DNA of 63,610 nt, filler included, from Nitrospinota bacterium (GTDB lineage: Bacteria; JAUXIQ01): the NCBI GenBank assembly GCA_030620925.1. It is 14 parts of 14 records of this genome, joined end to end, with 100 filler letters (N's around TTAATTAATTAA, not from the genome) between each part and the next. Parts side by side here need not be neighbours in the genome. Positions count along the whole stretch, not along the records: positions 61,044 to 63,610 come from JAUXIQ010000438.1; 13 more parts are not named here. One strand, written 5' to 3'. The notes below the pieces were generated by a model that was given only the letters and a program-made list of their open reading frames with translations, searched no databases and was not told the origin of the DNA. Numbering within the stretch: position 1 is the stretch's first letter; every line of letters starts with the position of its first letter. Below are positions 61,434 to 63,610 of this stretch, piece after piece. Position numbers and translations under genes: made by a program.

Positions 61434-62990
61434 TTAGACCTTGCGGTCTCTATCGGTCCAGTATTGTTCGCGAAGCTCGCGCTTGAGTATCTTGCCCTGG
61501 GGGCTCTTGGGCAGCTCGTCCAGGAAATCGACGGATTTGGGTTTCTTGTAGCTGGCCATGTTGTCTTTGCAGAACTGTATCAGCTCATCCTCGGTGGCTT
61601 TCTGCTCCGGCTTGAGCACCACGCAGGCTTTCACGTTCTCGCCCCAGTAATCGTCGGGGATGCCGATAACCGTGCACTCCAGAATGGCGGGATGCTGGTA
61701 GAGCAGCTCTTCTATCTCCCGGGGGTAGATGTTCTCTCCGCCGCTGATTATCATGTCTTTCTTACGGTCCACGATATAGACGTATCCGTCTTCGTCTTTG
61801 GTGCCCATGTCGCCGGTGTAGACCCAGCCGTCGCGGAAAGTCTCGGCGGTGTCCTCGGGTTTCTCCCAGTAGGCCCTGGAGACGGCCTCGCTGGTGCCGA
61901 TGACTTCGCCCACCTCCCCGACACCGACTTCCCGGCCCTCTTCATCCACCACGCGCACCTCGCAGTTGATCATCTGACGGCCTGCGGAGCCGAGCTTCTT
62001 GACCCAGCGTTCTTCGCCGTCCAGGTGGTGATCTTCAGGGGGGAGGACAGTGAGGCAGGGGCCCGACTCCGTCTGCCCGAAATACTGGAGGAACCCGCAG
62101 GGGAACCTCTCAAGGCCCTGGCGCAGCACTTCTATGGGCATGCTGGCGGCGCCGTAGGTGATGATCTCCATGGAGCTCATGTCGTACTTATTGAAATTTG
62201 GCACCTGGAGCACGGCGTTTACCATGGTGGGGACCAGCAGTACGTTGCTGATCCTCTCCCGCTCCGTCAGTTGAAGAACCTCCTCCGGCTCGAAACTCTT
62301 GGTGATGACCATCTTGCTCCCCATGAACATGGCGAAGAAGACGTTGGCGCCCGCCGCCAGGTGGAAGATGGGTGTGGTGACCAGATAGGAATAGCCATGT
62401 TTGTAGCGCGCCTCGATGGCGCAGTTAACGGAGTTGGCGATGAGATTGGCGTGGGTGAGGACAACGCCTTTAGGCCTCCCCGTTGTGCCCCCGGTGTAAA
62501 AGATGAAAGTGTCGTCCTGCGGGGAGAGGGGTACGCCGGGCTCCCTCGTGCTGCCCTTCTGGATAAGCTCCTCGTAGGGCTCCATGCCGTCCCCCTTGCC
62601 GTGCAGGACTATATATTTCTCCACGCAGAGGTTATCCCTGATGGGCTCGATGGCGTCCAGGAAATCGCTCTGCAGGATAAGCACCTTGGCCCCGCAGTAG
62701 TTTATCACGTAGTCCAGCTCCGCCGGCTGGAGCATAAAGTTGAGCAGGGAGGCGATGGCTCCGCACTTGGCGATGCCGAAATAGATTTCTATATATTCTA
62801 TGCAGTTGAATGCCAGGACGGCTACCCTGTCCCCCTTCTTCACCCCCATGGCGGTGAGCGTGTTGGCGAGCTGGTTCACCCTCTGGTTCAGCTCCTGGAA
62901 GGTGAGCGCCTTATCCTCGAACACCACCGCCCGCTTGTCCGGGTAGTTCTTTGCGTTTCTTATTGCAAGGTCTGCTAAGGTCAGGTTCAC
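61434..62990 (-). CDS. Long-chain-fatty-acid--CoA ligase family protein
   Basis: YTGGTTGRPKG, FGQTE, TGD, DRKKDMIISGGENIYP.E, GKILK. Confidence 0.95.
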   Translation of the reverse strand: MNLTLADLAIRNAKNYPDKRAVVFEDKALTFQELNQRVNQLANTLTAMGVKKGDRVAVLAFNCIEYIEIYFGIAKCGAIASLLNFMLQPAELDYVINYCGAKVLILQSDFLDAIEPIRDNLCVEKYIVLHGKGDGMEPYEELIQKGSTREPGVPLSPQDDTFIFYTGGTTGRPKGVVLTHANLIANSVNCAIEARYKHGYSYLVTTPIFHLAAGANVFFAMFMGSKMVITKSFEPEEVLQLTERERISNVLLVPTMVNAVLQVPNFNKYDMSSMEIITYGAASMPIEVLRQGLERFPCGFLQYFGQTESGPCLTVLPPEDHHLDGEERWVKKLGSAGRQMINCEVRVVDEEGREVGVGEVGEVIGTSEAVSRAYWEKPEDTAETFRDGWVYTGDMGTKDEDGYVYIVDRKKDMIISGGENIYPREIEELLYQHPAILECTVIGIPDDYWGENVKACVVLKPEQKATEDELIQFCKDNMASYKKPKSVDFLDELPKSPQGKILKRELREQYWTDRDRKV

Positions 62991-63065
62991 GTCGTTCCCC
63001 TTCTCTGAAATGATATAGGTCGATAGCCGGGGTTCTGCCTTGGGCCCCTTGAAAATTGCTGTCAG

Positions 63066-63153
63066 TGGCGGAGAGGGAGGGATTCGAACCCCCGTCCCGC
63101 AAGCGGGAAGCGGTTTTCAAGACCGCCGCCTTAAGCCGCTCGGCCACCTCTCC
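63066..63153 (-). tRNA. tRNA-Ser(TGA)
   Basis: GGAGAGGTGGCCGAG...GCGGT-CTTGAAA-ACCGC, variable arm, ...CTCTCCGCCA. Confidence 0.96.
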
Positions 63154-63168
63154 GTCAAGCGGTCAATA

Positions 63169-63197
63169 ATCTTACACTGAATGGGAACTAATTTCAA
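63169..63197 (-). promoter_or_regulatory. Sigma70-like promoter for tRNA-Ser(TGA)
   Basis: TTGAAA-N17-TAAGAT just upstream of the tRNA. Confidence 0.65.
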
Positions 63198-63351
63198 ATT
63201 CAATACTTCTGCAGGGGGATATAGCTTCGAATTACAACTTAATGCCTTCGCAGGGAGCAATTCAACTGCCGGGCCGCCGGAGCTTTGTAAATCCGTTAAC
63301 AGGGACGGTATCATGTCGGTCTTTCAGATTCCACCCTGTCGCAGGGCAGGC

Positions 63352-63545
63352 GAGATTCTTCGCCCCGCCACACGGGGGGCTCAGAATAACAATCAGGGCG
63401 CTTATGCAGGGTTATTAACGACATATATCAGTTACGTGGATGCGGCGCAAATAACAATTCCCGGGGCGAGAACAAACCTTAATTCGCGGCAGGATGCCGC
63501 TCTTACAAAATCAGAGGACGCTACGGGCAACCCAAGGGTTGCCCT
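63352..63545. repeat. Cluster of degenerate REP-like palindromes
   Basis: GAGATTCTTCG...GCTCAGAATAAC; TCGCGGCAGGATGCCGCTCTTAC; GGGCAACC-CAAG-GGTTGCCC. Confidence 0.6.
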
Positions 63546-63610
63546 TTGTATATTTAACTTTTACTTATATGATACGTTACCCTGTATGTTGGTGTTATGT
63601 ACGTGGCAGG

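Noticed and set aside
529-62978. Many long antisense ORFs (for example 529-1479, 31966-33057, 38841-39734, 61464-62978)
   Set aside because: They shadow well-supported genes on the other strand, as expected in GC3-rich coding DNA, and contain no motifs.
62911-63314. ORFs 62911-63147 and 63117-63314 (also 41286-41480)
   Set aside because: They are translations of tRNA genes and their flanks.

Overview
This is not a continuous locus. It is 14 short contigs (about 2.5-10 kb) joined by 13 artificial 100-bp spacers (N-run, TTAATTAATTAA, N-run), so gene adjacency only means something inside a contig and many genes are cut at contig ends. The content fits a GC-rich, probably anaerobic Gram-negative bacterium (deltaproteobacteria-like in style; the taxonomy is inference). 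Housekeeping genes: rplU-rpmA-obgE-proB, rpsU-mutS2-dnaG, ileS, radA, dinB, murF-mraY-murD, dapF, dcd. Mo/W-cofactor genes: moeA, mobA, moaC, MOSC, tupA, plus a Cys-type formate dehydrogenase. Also acyl-CoA/organic-acid catabolism genes, fliS and fliA, four tRNAs and scattered REP-like palindromes. No CRISPR array, rRNA or complete mobile element is visible. Best leads: (1) an enlarged XRE repressor with a DdrO-like domain containing the ELRG metallopeptidase-cleavage motif; (2) a mosaic helical-repeat protein with hypervariable positions; (3) a B12 mutase with isobutyryl-CoA-mutase specificity residues and a 1-nt frameshift; (4) a DapF whose second catalytic Cys is Ser; (5) a possible non-T-box attenuator upstream of ileS. 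All family assignments come from motif recognition; no database search was run.
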